Origin: a virus
Reading direction: 5' to 3' (one strand)
Length of the DNA stretch: 35,687 nt
IMG/VR virus record: IMGVR_UViG_3300027566_000018
Location: 1 to 35,687 of that record
In this document: piece by piece, positions 7,812 through 16,289 of the stretch
Layout of the letters: each line of letters begins with the position of its first letter
Numbering within the stretch: position 1 is the first letter of the stretch
Made by a program: the position numbers and the translations under genes
Notes under the pieces: model-generated
Told to the model about the DNA's origin: nothing
Database searches by the model: none
The model's input: only the letters and a program-made list of their open reading frames with translations

Positions 7812-9291
7812 GGAGCGGCGCGCCATCCTTCGGCGCTCGCTCGACGACCCGGCCTGGTGGGTTCGCGAGGTCCTCGGCCACGAGCTCTGGCCGGGCCAGG
7901 TCCGGATCCTCGAGTCCGTGCGGGACAACCGGGAGACGACCGTCAAGTCCTGCCACGGGGCCGGCAAGAGCTTCAACGCTGCGGCGACGGCGCTCTGGTG
8001 GCTCTACTCTCATCCGCATTCGACCGTGATCACGACCGCCCCGACCGATCGCCAGGTCAAGGGCATCCTCTGGAAAGAGATTCGGCTCGGTCACCAGCGG
8101 GCTCGCCGGCCTCTGGGGGGCGAGCTGCTCAAGCAGGAGCTCAAGATAGCGGACGACTGGTGGGCCTGGGGGTTCACCGCGCCCGACTACGACCCCGACC
8201 GGTTCCAGGGCTTTCACAGCATCTACACCCTCGTGATCGTCGACGAGGCGAGCGGGGTCTCGGACGACATCTACGACGCGATCGACGGGGTCCTGACGGC
8301 AGACGAGAGCCGGCTGCTGATGATCGGCAACCCGACCAACCCGAGCGGACGGTTCGCCAAGGCCTTCAAGACGCCCGGGATCGCGAAGGTCAGCATCTCG
8401 GCCTTCGACACGCCCAACTTCACGACCTTCGGCATCACGGAGTCAGACATCATCGCCGGCACCTGGCAGGAGAAGATCACGGGCCCGTTACCCCGCCCCT
8501 ACCTCGTCACCCCGCGATGGGTCGCGGACCGCTACCAGCGATGGGGACCCGGCTCCGCGATGTACGTCGCGAAGGTGAAGGCGCAGTTCCCGGCCGCCGG
8601 GACCGACACCCTCATCCCGCTCCACTGGATCGAGGCGGCCGTCGCCCGGACCCTGCCGCCCTCGGCGCCCTCCGAGCTCGGGGTCGACGTCGCCCGGTAC
8701 GGCTCGGACGAGACCGTGGTCATGCACCGGGCCGGGCCGGTCGTCCGGACAGTCCTGGTCATGCCTATGAGCGATACGATGGAGGTCGCCGGCCGCGTGA
8801 TCCAGCTCCGCCGCGAGCTCGGGGCCAGGGTCGCGAAGGTCGACGCGGTCGGCCTCGGCGCCGGCGTCTTCGACCGGATCGCCGAGCTCGACCGGGAGGC
8901 CAAACGCTACGACGCCGTCGAGGAGATGCAGAGCGGCGCCCGGGCCGAGGACCCCGAACGGTTCGCGAACACCCGCGCCGAGTGGTACTGGGGCCTGCGC
9001 AAGCGCTTCGAGGAGGGAGACATCGACCTCGAGGACGACGAGGTCCTCGTCCAGCAGCTCGCGGACCTGAAATACAAGGTCAACTCGCGCGGGCAGACGA
9101 TCATCGAATCGAAAGAAGACATGAAGCGGCGGGGCCTCTCGAGCCCCGACCGTGCGGATACCCTCATGCTCACCTTCGCGAAGGGCGTCGACCACGACGC
9201 GGTCGCCATCCCCGGCTCCGCGATCCCCTCGGGAAATTCATTCCCATCGTTCATGGGCCGGACCTCCTCCGGCATACCGAGGATCTTCTGA
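7786..9291 (+). CDS. terL: Terminase large subunit
   Basis: Walker A SCHGAGKS, Walker B VIVDEASG, motif III IGNPT, RNase-H-like LGVDVARYGSDET and SPDRADT. Confidence 0.96.
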   Translation: MRAKDPTTEERRAILRRSLDDPAWWVREVLGHELWPGQVRILESVRDNRETTVKSCHGAGKSFNAAATALWWLYSHPHSTVITTAPTDRQVKGILWKEIRLGHQRARRPLGGELLKQELKIADDWWAWGFTAPDYDPDRFQGFHSIYTLVIVDEASGVSDDIYDAIDGVLTADESRLLMIGNPTNPSGRFAKAFKTPGIAKVSISAFDTPNFTTFGITESDIIAGTWQEKITGPLPRPYLVTPRWVADRYQRWGPGSAMYVAKVKAQFPAAGTDTLIPLHWIEAAVARTLPPSAPSELGVDVARYGSDETVVMHRAGPVVRTVLVMPMSDTMEVAGRVIQLRRELGARVAKVDAVGLGAGVFDRIAELDREAKRYDAVEEMQSGARAEDPERFANTRAEWYWGLRKRFEEGDIDLEDDEVLVQQLADLKYKVNSRGQTIIESKEDMKRRGLSSPDRADTLMLTFAKGVDHDAVAIPGSAIPSGNSFPSFMGRTSSGIPRIF

Positions 9292-9292
9292 C

Positions 9293-10690
9293 ATGGCATC
9301 CAACACATTCACAACCGACGAGTCCGGCGTCACCTACGTCGCGAACATCTACGGCTACGGGGGTTTCTCCACATCGGACGTCACCGCAGAGAAGCTGTAC
9401 AAACTCCGCGGAAACCTGCACGGCCGCAGCCCGATCGACAAGCTCGTCAACGAGGTCTTCCCCGAGGAGCCGACGATCGAGGCTGTCGACAGGGACGAAA
9501 ACCCCGCGACCGACCTCGAGCGCGAGCTCCGGGCGATGCTCTTCGCCGAGGACGTCGACGTCCCGACACGGATGCGGCAGACGTTCATCGACCGCTGCTG
9601 GTTCGGGGCGTCGATCCTCAACTGGGTATGGGCCGTCGAAGGAAACCGCGTCGTCCTGAAGGCCCTGACCTGGCTCCAGCCCTGGTCGTTCGGCACGCTT
9701 CCCTCTGGATGCTCGACGGTCTGGTCCCCCATCCTCCAGGGGATTGTCAAGGGAGCGGACAAGAAGACGATCGAGTTCCACCAGATGCAGGACGGCGCGA
9801 GGCTCCCGACGAAGCTCGACGAACGATCCATCCTGATGGTCCTGGACCCGACCGATGGCGAGCTCGCCGGCGACCCTCTTCTCCGCCCGGTGGTGCCGCA
9901 CCTCGAGATGCTCTCGTTCTGCTACAACGCGACCATGCAGCTCGTGAACCGGTGGGCCGTCCCGCCGCTCTTCATCAAGATCATGAAGCCTCAGCCGGCA
10001 TCGCCGCTCAACGGCAATGTCGGCGACGTCGACTACGCGAACATGGTCCTCAAGCACTGGGGCAAGGATAACGCCTACCCCATTCGCGACAACATGGAGT
10101 TGATCACGTTCGATGGGAAAGAGGGGAGCATCAACGTCGTGGATATCATCAAGCTGCTGATCAAGGTCGTCGAGGACTACACGAACCCGTCCAACCAGCT
10201 CGCGAAGTCCGGCACCCTGATCGGCGGCTCGTCCGAACCCGAGGCCGACCTGACCCGGACGTACATCCGCGGTCACCACCGGTGGATCGAGGCGGGATAC
10301 AACAGGATCATTCGGTATTACCTGGACGCGAACGGCTATACCGAGAAGGGCTACACGGCCCGCTTCAGGATCCCCGAGCGAGCATCCGACCGGTCCCGCA
10401 TCCAGCTCGAGCAGGCCCGGGAGATGCGCGAGGCAAAGAACATCATGCCGAACGAACACCGGATGCTCTGCGGTGCGACCGATGCCCTCAGTGACTCGGA
10501 CCTCGCAGAGGCGAACGCCTACTGGACCGCGAACGCCCCCGCGGCGACTCCCTTCACCTTCACGAACGCCGCACCGGCCGACGCATTCGCGCACCACGAC
10601 CGCATCGCCGGACAGACCTACCGGAACCTCGACGACGCGCTGAAACGCCTGGAGCGGGACGTCGTGGCGGCCCTGGAGGCGTCGGCGTGA
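9293..10690 (+). CDS. Portal protein
   Basis: ATG at 9293 directly after terL; 465 aa; position between terL and the gpF-like gene; C-terminal MPNEHRMLCG typical of portals. Confidence 0.8.
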   Translation: MASNTFTTDESGVTYVANIYGYGGFSTSDVTAEKLYKLRGNLHGRSPIDKLVNEVFPEEPTIEAVDRDENPATDLERELRAMLFAEDVDVPTRMRQTFIDRCWFGASILNWVWAVEGNRVVLKALTWLQPWSFGTLPSGCSTVWSPILQGIVKGADKKTIEFHQMQDGARLPTKLDERSILMVLDPTDGELAGDPLLRPVVPHLEMLSFCYNATMQLVNRWAVPPLFIKIMKPQPASPLNGNVGDVDYANMVLKHWGKDNAYPIRDNMELITFDGKEGSINVVDIIKLLIKVVEDYTNPSNQLAKSGTLIGGSSEPEADLTRTYIRGHHRWIEAGYNRIIRYYLDANGYTEKGYTARFRIPERASDRSRIQLEQAREMREAKNIMPNEHRMLCGATDALSDSDLAEANAYWTANAPAATPFTFTNAAPADAFAHHDRIAGQTYRNLDDALKRLERDVVAALEASA

Positions 10691-10959
10691 GCGAGCCCCA
10701 GTACCTCGGCAGGCCGGCCCAGACCGAACCGGAGCCCGCCCCGGTGCCGGTCGCACCGCCGGCCCCCGCCCTCCCGCTCGACCCACTCCGGCTCCGCATG
10801 ATCGCGAACGCGCACAAGCGGATCGCCGAGGCCTACGACCGGCTCGCCGACGACCTCACGCAGATGGACACCCTCGACCGCGACCCGGACGACACAGCGT
10901 TCCAGGCCGAAGTCATGATCGCCGAGTACCGTCGGGGGAAAGCGGAGGTTGGGGAATGA
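10687..10959 (+). CDS. Hypothetical 90-aa protein
   Basis: GTGA coupling on both sides; Pro-rich N-terminus followed by a helical region. Confidence 0.65.
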   Translation: MSEPQYLGRPAQTEPEPAPVPVAPPAPALPLDPLRLRMIANAHKRIAEAYDRLADDLTQMDTLDRDPDDTAFQAEVMIAEYRRGKAEVGE

Positions 10960-11228
10960 GCTGCCCGAACGCAGTCCCAACCAATTCCGCCGAGGCGGAG
11001 TGCCATGCCCCCGACGCATTGATCGGAACCGTGTGTCAGGGCTATGTCTGCTCTCAGAATGTCCCGACACTTCAGGAGGTTACCGATGCTGTCCGTAGCG
11101 TAAGAGGGCTTGTGATGTTGTTCCGATCGCGAAATAAAGATCTGAACGAGTGGACCGCACGAACGGCAAGGGACGTCGACCTTGCGCTTTCGGACGCCCT
11201 CGACTTACTCGACGAGGCATCCCCATGA
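10956..11228 (+). CDS. Hypothetical Cys-containing 90-aa protein
   Basis: Coupled ATGA; four Cys in the N-terminal third; less GC-biased codons. Confidence 0.65.
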   Translation: MSCPNAVPTNSAEAECHAPDALIGTVCQGYVCSQNVPTLQEVTDAVRSVRGLVMLFRSRNKDLNEWTARTARDVDLALSDALDLLDEASP

Positions 11229-11305
11229 AGACCCGCTGGATCCTCTGGCTTGCGGCCCTGTTCGTCCTCGCCGCCGGTGCACTCCAGCAGGTCGGGGGAT
11301 CGTGA
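11225..11305 (+). CDS. 26-aa hydrophobic peptide (not in ORF track)
   Basis: MKTRWILWLAALFVLAAGALQQVGGS; ATGA overlap upstream and GTGA overlap downstream. Confidence 0.6.
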   Translation: MKTRWILWLAALFVLAAGALQQVGGS

Positions 11306-12084
11306 TCTCCCTCCGCGCCGAGGTCCTCGACGACCTCGTCGCGACATACAAGCAGGAGCAGATCGCGACCCTCGCCGAGGACGTCCGCCGGGCGCACATC
11401 ATCGGCGACCTCCTCGGACAGCGGCATCTCAGGAATGCCGGCGTGCACACACACGGGATCACGAACGCACTCCCGGAGAAGTGGACATATGCCCCAAAGC
11501 GTTCGACCGAGTATGGGTATACGCCGGATCTCCATTACCGGGACAAGTGGGGCAAACTGGGCAAGCTCTCCTTCGAGCATGTCGCGAAGGAGGCCGAGAC
11601 CTATCTGGTAGAATACAAACGGCAGCTCGAGGATCTCGGCGGAACCATCATCGATGGCAAGCCGGTCGCCTGGCTCGAGGACCACTGCCAGTCGGTCCGG
11701 GCCGACGTCGCCGCGACGATCGAGGACGGGATCCGGGAGGGCTGGTCGACCAAGGCCGTCGCCGCCCATCTCTCCGAAGTGATGGAGGGCAGCCGCTCGA
11801 AGCTCATGACGATCGCCCGGACCGAGATGATGCGGGTCCAACATCGGGGCGCCATCACCCGCTACCAGGCGGCCGGCGTCGAGACCGTGATCCGGATCAA
11901 CGGCCCGAACCCTTGCGACGAGTGCGCGGCCGAGAGTGGAGAGGAGTATCCGATCGATGCAGTCCCCGAGGATCATCCGAACGGGAGCTGTGATTTCATC
12001 CCGAACATTCGGATTCCACCGCCCGAGGAGGCGCTCATCGACGAGAACGAGATCGCGAAGCTGCTCGAGGAGGCCGGCGCGTGA
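11302..12084 (+). CDS. Phage Mu gpF / SPP1 gp7-like minor head protein
   Basis: GTG at 11302; TIARTEMMRV...PCDEC...EDHPNGSCDFIP signature. Confidence 0.88.
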   Translation: MISLRAEVLDDLVATYKQEQIATLAEDVRRAHIIGDLLGQRHLRNAGVHTHGITNALPEKWTYAPKRSTEYGYTPDLHYRDKWGKLGKLSFEHVAKEAETYLVEYKRQLEDLGGTIIDGKPVAWLEDHCQSVRADVAATIEDGIREGWSTKAVAAHLSEVMEGSRSKLMTIARTEMMRVQHRGAITRYQAAGVETVIRINGPNPCDECAAESGEEYPIDAVPEDHPNGSCDFIPNIRIPPPEEALIDENEIAKLLEEAGA

Positions 12085-12239
12085 TCACTCGGTATGTGTG
12101 CCCGAACTGCGGCGCAAGGATGGTCGATACCCGCCCCGCTACCTATACCAGCATACTCGAGCCGCGTCCGTGCATTAGCTGTGGCTGGTTGACAGCGGTA
12201 GTCCGACCGTCGTGTCTGACCAGCGGGGGATTGGTGTGA
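12081..12239 (+). CDS. 52-aa zinc-ribbon protein (not in ORF track)
   Basis: YVCPNCGARM...RPCISCGW; GTGA overlaps at both ends. Confidence 0.75.
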   Translation: MITRYVCPNCGARMVDTRPATYTSILEPRPCISCGWLTAVVRPSCLTSGGLV

Positions 12240-12529
12240 CATCGGGCCGGCCGTTCTCGGATCCGGAGAAGGCGTACATTATCGAGCATGCCCCGACGCG
12301 GCAGAGCTGGGGCCGGCTCGCCGCAGACCTGGTCCGCGAGTTCCCGGCGGAGTCCGGGGGCTATCGAGACGGAAAGTCGGTGAGGAACTGGTACCGCCGG
12401 CACGAGCACGAGACGACGGCGAAGATCGCAATTGTGATTCCGGTCGACGTCGCCGAGCGGCTCCGGACCGCCGGCCTCTCGCCCGTCGAGATCGGGGCGC
12501 TCGTGGTGCGGGGACTTGGTCGTGTCTGA
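12236..12529 (+). CDS. Myb/SANT-like HTH regulator with RHH-like C-terminus (start may be 12212)
   Basis: RPFSDPEKAYIIEH...SWGRLAADL...RDGKSVRNWYRRH, then IAIVIPVDVAERLR. Confidence 0.65.
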   Translation: MTSGRPFSDPEKAYIIEHAPTRQSWGRLAADLVREFPAESGGYRDGKSVRNWYRRHEHETTAKIAIVIPVDVAERLRTAGLSPVEIGALVVRGLGRV

Positions 12530-12697
12530 CCTCCTACCCCGCAGACGACCGGTCCTCGGTGCGGTCTGCACCCCCTCTCACGACAGGTCGACCCGGACCA
12601 GGCTGCGGTTATGTGGCTGCACCCCGCCTCGATCGTCGCGCTCTGCCACCGCTGCGGGCACTCGGGCATCATCCCACCCCGGTTGGTGGGACGATGA
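12522..12697 (+). pseudogene. Apparently frameshifted small Zn-finger gene
   Basis: The frame 12530-12697 (PRCGLH...LCHRCGH) ends in an ATGA coupled to the next gene but has no start before the first Cys. One extra C in the C4 run at 12537-12540 would join it to GTG 12522. Confidence 0.35.
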
Positions 12698-13224
12698 CCC
12701 CCCCGGTCCGGCTGGCCATGCGCCGCGTCCTCGATGCCGGAGAGTTCTGGGCGGAGTTCCCGCCCGATGTCCCCGGCCGGCACCGGTTCATGCGGGTCGA
12801 GGATGTCGAGGACGACGGCCAGGCCCTCAGCGCAACGTTCGAGGGGGCGGCGATATTCAACGCCCTGCCGAACAACAGCGACCCCGAGGGGGAGTTCGTC
12901 CGGATCGACGCCGGCGAAGCGATTACGCTCGGCGAAGATTGGATATTCGAGCACGAGGACGACGAGACGCCCTTCGCGACCCGCCCGAAACTCGCGCCGA
13001 TCACGATCCTGCCCGGGCACGTCATCCCGTGTCACATCAACATCACCCTGCAGCACCGGAAGGAGACGCGGTGTCTCGACGCCGATCGCGTGATCTGGTG
13101 GCTCGAGGGCGCTGCGGCGAGCGACCCGTACGCGCAGCGGGAGGAGCCGATTGCGGACCCCCTCTGCCGCATCGCCAAGGGGCTGAAGAGGGTCGAGTTC
13201 GATGTGCCGGAGGGGTCGCCGTGA
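12694..13224 (+). CDS. Hypothetical protein, paralogue B (DADRVIW family)
   Basis: ATG at 12694; aligns with 5340..5894. Confidence 0.75.
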   Translation: MTPPVRLAMRRVLDAGEFWAEFPPDVPGRHRFMRVEDVEDDGQALSATFEGAAIFNALPNNSDPEGEFVRIDAGEAITLGEDWIFEHEDDETPFATRPKLAPITILPGHVIPCHINITLQHRKETRCLDADRVIWWLEGAAASDPYAQREEPIADPLCRIAKGLKRVEFDVPEGSP

Positions 13225-13871
13225 TCTCGACATCGCAGATTCTCGAGTTCCTGAAGTGCCCCCTGTCGTTCAAGGTCAAGTACGTGCTGAAGGCCCCGTC
13301 TCCCGAGCCCCCGTCGCCGGCGCTCGAGAAAGGGTCGCGGGTCCATGGCGCGATAGCGGATGGCACAACCCTCGAGGACGCGGAAGAGCAGGCGATGGTG
13401 GAGCGGGCTCGGGCCTGGCTCGCGACCGCGCCGCCGGACCCGATCCACGAGACCACGTACGAGGACCGCAACAACCCCGGGCGATTCTTCGGCGACCTCC
13501 TCGGCACCACGCGGGCGATCGGCATCTTCGACGTCCACTGGAATGAGCCGGCGATGGCCGTCGACTGGAAGACCGGCGGGTTCAAACCGAAGTACGTCCG
13601 GCAGTAAGAGATCCAGGCATATGTCCTGGGGGAACTCTACCGGCAGCACTACGGCCGCGACCTCGAGAGGATGACGTTCGTCTTTCTCAAGGACGGCAAG
13701 ACCTACGATGCGACCTGCCTCACCGACCCTGTCGCGGAGGCCACGATCGCCGTGACTGTCTCCGGTGTTCTGCACCAGATCGATGCGGGGCTGTTCCCGA
13801 AGCGCCCCGGTCCGCTCTGCCCATACTTTGAATGGAAAACATATTGCAGACCGACCCCCGGGATCCGCTGA
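13221..13871 (+). pseudogene. PD-(D/E)XK (RecB/Cas4-like) nuclease interrupted by in-frame TAA at 13605-13607
   Basis: STSQILEFLKCP...KGSRVH, GIFDV, VDWKTG, then Q*EIQAY continuing in frame to LCPYFEWKTYC. Confidence 0.8.
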
Positions 13872-13883
13872 CCCGGCGGAACA

Positions 13884-13895
13884 CTTATTTTATGA
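13884..13895 (+). promoter_or_regulatory. Putative TATA element
   Basis: AT-rich CTTATTTTATGA in the only gap of this block, upstream of the DUF2080-like gene. Confidence 0.4.
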
Positions 13896-13904
13896 GCCCC
13901 CCAT

Positions 13905-14066
13905 ATGGGTAATGTGAGCGATTCATATACGATAGACGGCTTCGAGGTCCTCGAAAAAAAGGTCTCGAAGCACGGCAGCAGCGGGCACCTCTACGTTCCT
14001 GCGTCGTGGATCGGGGCGATTGTCAAGGTGATCCGGACCACCCCGATCAAGGAGTCTGACGAATGA
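13905..14066 (+). CDS. DUF2080-family (AbrB-like) small protein (not in ORF track; start may be GTG 13914)
   Basis: GFEVLEKKVSKHGSSGHLYVPASWIGAIVKVIR matches the archaeal EKxVxxxGNSxHxYxPxxWIGxxVxVIR pattern; ATGA-coupled to the next gene. Confidence 0.8.
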   Translation: MGNVSDSYTIDGFEVLEKKVSKHGSSGHLYVPASWIGAIVKVIRTTPIKESDE

Positions 14067-14698
14067 AAACGAATCCGAAGGAAATTCGCTGCGACATCTG
14101 CGGACTGCCGATTCTGCAGCGGCCCGATCAGATTGGGAACACCACACTCGAGGATGGTGGAGTAGCCTACCACAACGAATGCGACGCCCGCGCGCGCAAG
14201 GGCTATCGGTTCGACGGAAAGGGAGGATGCAGGCCCCCGCTCGATATGCTGAAAGGGTACTCCGACGAGGACCTGGTCGACACTCTCTTCAATCGTCTTG
14301 GTAACACCAAATTGATCCCTCCTTCGCCGGGTGAATCTGGCGTCGGCTCGATCGCCGCGAGAGGAATCGTCGGAGAAGAGCGCATCGATCTGACTCGCAC
14401 CCCTCTCCCCTCCATGGTGGAGAGGCTCCTGAAGGAGGCCAGGAGTAAGACGTCCAATTTTCCTTTCGATCTCAAAGCAGCCCCGGCCGACGATAGCGCC
14501 GATACAGATGCGATCGAGTGGGACTGTCCCGTCTGCCAGGAGACTCGGAGCGCCGCGGGATATGAACCTGCGATCTGCAAGGTCTGCGGCTACGGGTACG
14601 TGAACCCGGACCTGTCAAGAGAAGAGGAGATGGCCCGGCTCCGCCGCGAGATCGCGATCGATCGGGCCAGGCTGAACCGGGGCGAGGAGGACGAATGA
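14063..14698 (+). CDS. Zinc-finger protein
   Basis: CDICG...HNEC at the N-terminus and CPVC...CKVC near the C-terminus. Confidence 0.75.
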   Translation: MKTNPKEIRCDICGLPILQRPDQIGNTTLEDGGVAYHNECDARARKGYRFDGKGGCRPPLDMLKGYSDEDLVDTLFNRLGNTKLIPPSPGESGVGSIAARGIVGEERIDLTRTPLPSMVERLLKEARSKTSNFPFDLKAAPADDSADTDAIEWDCPVCQETRSAAGYEPAICKVCGYGYVNPDLSREEEMARLRREIAIDRARLNRGEEDE

Positions 14699-15090
14699 CA
14701 CAAGTGGTTGGATTCGATAAAACGGTGGGGCTTGGGTGCCTCGAGTGTGGATGTATGGAGTTCCTGGACGACGAATCCGGGACAACCGATAGTCTGACCT
14801 GCGTCGCGTGCGGGGCACGATTCAGCCCCGTCTCGGCACAGGACGTGACGCTAGCCCTGACCTCGCGTCCAGTGAAACCCCGGGAGAAGCCGCAGCGACA
14901 CATCCGCACCTGCTCGGAATGTTACTGGTTGCAGAACCTGGCGCCGACAAATGACGGCCGGTTCCCATGCCGTCGGTATCCGCGTATGGAACTGGTGTCC
15001 CCGCTCCACTGGTGCGGCGAGTTCTTGTTTGCGCGAGGCCGCCGGTCGGCTGCCGACGATCTTCATGACGAGGTTCCAGAGCACGATTGA
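14695..15090 (+). CDS. Double zinc-finger protein
   Basis: CLEC...CVAC and CSEC...CRRYP...WCGEF. Confidence 0.75.
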   Translation: MTQVVGFDKTVGLGCLECGCMEFLDDESGTTDSLTCVACGARFSPVSAQDVTLALTSRPVKPREKPQRHIRTCSECYWLQNLAPTNDGRFPCRRYPRMELVSPLHWCGEFLFARGRRSAADDLHDEVPEHD

Positions 15091-15099
15091 GGAGAACCA

Positions 15100-15339
15100 A
15101 TGACCCCCGAAGAGTTCGAGGACCTCACCGCCCACATCCGCGAGGCGAAGGCCGATGCCTGCCGCGTCATCGCCGACGCGCTCCGCCCGGTGCTGGAAGC
15201 CGTCGCTGCGTGGGTTGCGAAGTGGTGGCCCCTCATCGAGCGGGCGCTCCTGACCGCGCGGCGCTTCCGGGCGTTCCAGCGGCACCGGCCCGTCCGCCCC
15301 GCATGGGTGACGGGGCTCCGGCCCCGGGGGTGTGGATGA
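15100..15339 (+). CDS. Hypothetical 79-aa protein
   Basis: GAGGAG RBS; helical with a basic C-terminus; coupled to the next gene. Confidence 0.65.
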   Translation: MTPEEFEDLTAHIREAKADACRVIADALRPVLEAVAAWVAKWWPLIERALLTARRFRAFQRHRPVRPAWVTGLRPRGCG

Positions 15340-15620
15340 CCGAGAAGATCGACATCGAGGTGATCCGGTCGGGGGCCGCCGCACGGTCGGCGTTCGCCGG
15401 GCACGAGACGGTCGTGGAGGGCGCCCTCTTCGACATCAATCACGAGGCGATCGATGCGCTCCGTGAAGGCTACATAACCGCTCGGATAACGGGAACAGAG
15501 CCGGCCCCGCCCATGGTTTGGATCTGCCCCCAGTGCCGGCACGACAACCCGCTCGACGGCGACCTGCCGGAGACGTTCACCTGCGCCGCGTGCGGGATGC
15601 AGGGGCGGCGGTTGCCATGA
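15336..15620 (+). CDS. Zinc-ribbon protein (94 aa)
   Basis: ATG at 15336 overlaps the upstream stop; WICPQC...FTCAACG. Confidence 0.75.
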   Translation: MTEKIDIEVIRSGAAARSAFAGHETVVEGALFDINHEAIDALREGYITARITGTEPAPPMVWICPQCRHDNPLDGDLPETFTCAACGMQGRRLP

Positions 15621-16006
15621 CCGACGATGATTTGATCATCATTGCTGAGTCCAAAAACGCGGTACGCGACGAAGATGGAAACCTGAAAGACGGACTTGAT
15701 CTGTTCGCGTATGACAATGAGGGGGTCGGAGTATCCTGCTATTTCGCCGTGGTACGGTGCCCATCGATCAAGGAGGACGAGATTAATATCCCCTGGTCCG
15801 AGGTCCTGAAGCATGCGCCGCTAGATGCACTCGTCGAGGCGTTGAAGGCCCGGCCCGACACCGTCGTCTACCAGCCGACCGGAGAGACTTTCGTCCAGCT
15901 CTCACCTATCCCTCCGCCTCCTGAGGGTGTCGACGGAGTGTGCTCGAGAGCCACGTCGGCCGGCGCCGAGGATCTGCTCATGATCGTTCGGAGGTATGGA
16001 ACATGA
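15617..16006 (+). CDS. Hypothetical protein (129 aa)
   Basis: ATGA coupling; contains LKHAPLDALVEALKARPD. Confidence 0.7.
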   Translation: MTDDDLIIIAESKNAVRDEDGNLKDGLDLFAYDNEGVGVSCYFAVVRCPSIKEDEINIPWSEVLKHAPLDALVEALKARPDTVVYQPTGETFVQLSPIPPPPEGVDGVCSRATSAGAEDLLMIVRRYGT

Positions 16007-16287
16007 CAAACGAGACAATAATCGCAGAGACCCCCGGCGCGAAGCGGTATACGCAGAACGATGTTGATCGGGGGTTCCCCACCGTTCCGGTCGGGCATGT
16101 CAGGGAAGGGATGGAGGCCATCGCGACCGAGGCCGGCGTCCTCTTCCGATACGGCACGACCGAAGGGGGAGGCTATCAAGTCTATGACAACTTCGAGGTG
16201 TCGTGGGATCAGATCCTGGATCACGCACCGACCGACGAAATGCGAAAGGTATTGAGATCGCGCGGTGAGATCGGTGGAGGCGAGTAG
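16003..16287 (+). CDS. Hypothetical protein (94 aa)
   Basis: ATGA coupling; contains LDHAPTDEMRKVLRSRG. Confidence 0.7.
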   Translation: MTNETIIAETPGAKRYTQNDVDRGFPTVPVGHVREGMEAIATEAGVLFRYGTTEGGGYQVYDNFEVSWDQILDHAPTDEMRKVLRSRGEIGGGE

Positions 16288-16289
16288 TC

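Noticed and set aside
12527-12529. Selenocysteine read-through of TGA into the Zn-finger frame
   Set aside because: No SECIS identified, the position is not Cys-like, and a single indel explains it more simply.
12516-13607. 363-aa ORF as one protein
   Set aside because: Only the part from GTG 13221 is nuclease-like; the upstream part is an off-frame shadow of the paralogue B gene.
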